DNA from: Anaerolineae bacterium
GTDB taxonomy: Bacteria > Chloroflexota > Anaerolineae > S140-20
Assembly (NCBI GenBank): GCA_027021705.1
Contig: JALUTT010000083.1
Coordinates: forward strand, 1-38,845
Direction: 5' to 3'
DNA length: 38,845 nt
Shown in pieces: positions 37,401 to 38,845 of this stretch (position 1 is the stretch's first letter; every line of letters begins with the position of its first letter). The notes under the pieces are model-generated. The model was given only the letters and a program-made list of their open reading frames with translations. It was not told where the DNA came from and did not search any database. The translations under genes and the position numbers were made by a program.

Positions 37401-38597
37401 ATGAAACGGGTGATGAGGGGATTGGGGTTGCTCCTGGTGCTGATGGGGGGGCTGGCGATGGGGGCGCTGTCGGCCCAGGCCCAGGAGGGGCCGATCTACC
37501 TACGCGGGGTCGAGCCCTCGAGGGGGCGGCCCGGCGAGGAGATGAAGCTGATCCTGTGGGGCGGCGGATTCAGCAACGCCCAAGAGGTGCAGGTGACCAT
37601 CGGTGAGATCGAAGTCCTGGGGGTCTGGGTCGAGTCCGATGAGGCGGTCGTGGTCCGCGTCTTCATCCCGGAGGACGCCCAGCCAGGCCCCAGGTCGGTC
37701 GAAGTGGTGGCCACCTTCGGGCCGAACGAGGTCTTCCCGGCGGTCCTCGAACAGGGCTTCTTCGTGGAGGGATGGGAGGAGGAACGCCCGCCGGCCGGCC
37801 CCGTTTCCCCGTCCTCGCCCGCACCTTCCGAGGAAGGTCTCTCGCCCTGGGTGTGGGTGGGTGGGGGGGTGCTGCTCTGGGGGGCCACCGCGTTGCTGGC
37901 GGGCGGGTTGGGGCTCCTCCTGGGGCGTCGCCTGGCCGTGCGGGTCCGACCGGCCTGGCGCTGGGAGCAGATGGCTCGGCTGCAATGGGAGCTGGAAGCG
38001 ACGAAGGAACTGCCGGAGCCCAAGGAGGTCTGCACGTGGGCCTGTGAGGCGAAGGCCAAAACGGGCCTGCTAGACCGCTGGAAGATCACGGCCCTGGAGC
38101 TGATCCCCCTGCCGCTCCCCTCCGGCCAGCCGCTGCCCGTTCGTCGCATCACGGACGAAGCCCTCCTGGCTCCTTTGAACGAGGCGGCCCGGCTCCGACA
38201 CCTGGGAGAGGACGAGGCGCAGGTCCGCCGTCGCATCGCCCCTGTGGTGGATGCCCTGCTGGAGCAGATCATGGCCTGGGGAGCTGCCGGGCAGACGCCG
38301 CCTTCCATCCGGGTGGACGCCCGCCTGGCGCGGAACGTGGAGATGGAGTTCACCCTTTACCACTGTGAGGCCACGCGGAAGGGGGTGGACTGGGTGAAGA
38401 AGCTGCGGTGGAAGGGTACGATGCGTCAGCCTAGCGGGGAGTACCTGGGCGTGTTGCGGGGGCCGACCGCCGGCGAGCCGGACTTCGCCGCCCGGGCCCG
38501 CGCCGAGCTCGAAGGGGCTTTGCTAAAGCTGATAAGGGGGGTACAATTGAAGCTGTTTGATATACACCGCCACCGCGAAAAGACCAAGGGGTCCTGA
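37401..38597 (+). CDS. Membrane protein with extracellular IPT/TIG-like domain
   Basis: Signal peptide; VEPSRG..G...LILWGGGF; Pro/Ser linker; TM helix; cytoplasmic domain; AGGAGG before ATG 37401. Confidence 0.78.
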   Translation: MKRVMRGLGLLLVLMGGLAMGALSAQAQEGPIYLRGVEPSRGRPGEEMKLILWGGGFSNAQEVQVTIGEIEVLGVWVESDEAVVVRVFIPEDAQPGPRSVEVVATFGPNEVFPAVLEQGFFVEGWEEERPPAGPVSPSSPAPSEEGLSPWVWVGGGVLLWGATALLAGGLGLLLGRRLAVRVRPAWRWEQMARLQWELEATKELPEPKEVCTWACEAKAKTGLLDRWKITALELIPLPLPSGQPLPVRRITDEALLAPLNEAARLRHLGEDEAQVRRRIAPVVDALLEQIMAWGAAGQTPPSIRVDARLARNVEMEFTLYHCEATRKGVDWVKKLRWKGTMRQPSGEYLGVLRGPTAGEPDFAARARAELEGALLKLIRGVQLKLFDIHRHREKTKGS

Positions 38598-38621
38598 TGG
38601 CGGTGATTACCCATAAGTGAG

Positions 38622-38719
38622 CGAGAGAGTGGTCCGTAGCAGGCCGTCCACGAATTTCTCACAAATGCACGAATGAGGCGATCCTTAATTCGTGTATTCG
38701 TGCTCCATTCGTGGACGGC
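38622..38719. repeat. 98-bp palindromic REP-like element, copy 2 (direct orientation to 518-615)
   Basis: 92/98 identical to 518-615 by manual alignment. Confidence 0.9.
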
Positions 38720-38845
38720 TAGTGGTTTGTCAAGTTTGAATTTGTGGATAGAGGTGCTTGAGCCGAATACGGGCATCTTCGGTTGTAAACTGCCAATCCA
38801 CCTGCTTCTGAGAAGCATTCCGCTCGCTATACCAGGCCCGTGTCT
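38720..38845 (-). mobile_element. IS630-family element, right end (truncated by window)
   Basis: End reads (C)TAGTGGTTTGTCAAG with a TA boundary, next to the transposase stop codon. Confidence 0.8.
38730..38843 (-). CDS. IS630-family transposase, C-terminal fragment (absent from the ORF track)
   Basis: Manual translation TRAWYSERNASQKQVDWQFTTEDARIRLKHLYPQIQT*; WQFTxxDARxxLxxLYP is the typical IS630 C-terminus. Confidence 0.85.
   Translation of the reverse strand, partial: TRAWYSERNASQKQVDWQFTTEDARIRLKHLYPQIQT

Noticed and set aside
38426..38818. 130-aa minus-strand ORF
   Set aside because: Spans the IS end, the palindrome and the end of the previous gene; the real coding frame here is the IS630 transposase.

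Overview
High-GC bacterial DNA whose gene style suggests Chloroflexota/Anaerolineae (inference). Both edges fall in repeats, so this may be a whole contig. Left part (1-12.9 kb) is defence/accessory DNA: a tandem array of 103-118 bp palindromic units directly downstream of an intact type III (Csm1-like) cas10, two small membrane proteins, a class III cyclase-ATPase-TPR protein, a low-GC solitary DNA methyltransferase, a PLP enzyme, a PUA/EVE-like protein, and two integron cassettes (putative nuclease, SET protein) with attC sites but no integrase in the window. Right part (13.0-38.6 kb) is one co-directional run: a LytS/LytTR pair, then exported proteins (C25 peptidase, esterase lipoprotein, GH51, GH5, di- and penta-heme cytochromes, propeller proteins), six of which share a (Y/F)LP-x-(V/I) motif. 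A GxxExxY gene flanked by 30-bp inverted repeats interrupts the run. Several families of palindromic or short-period repeats are scattered throughout, and an IS630 end closes the window. No canonical CRISPR array, tRNA or rRNA was seen. All family calls come from motif recognition, not database searches.
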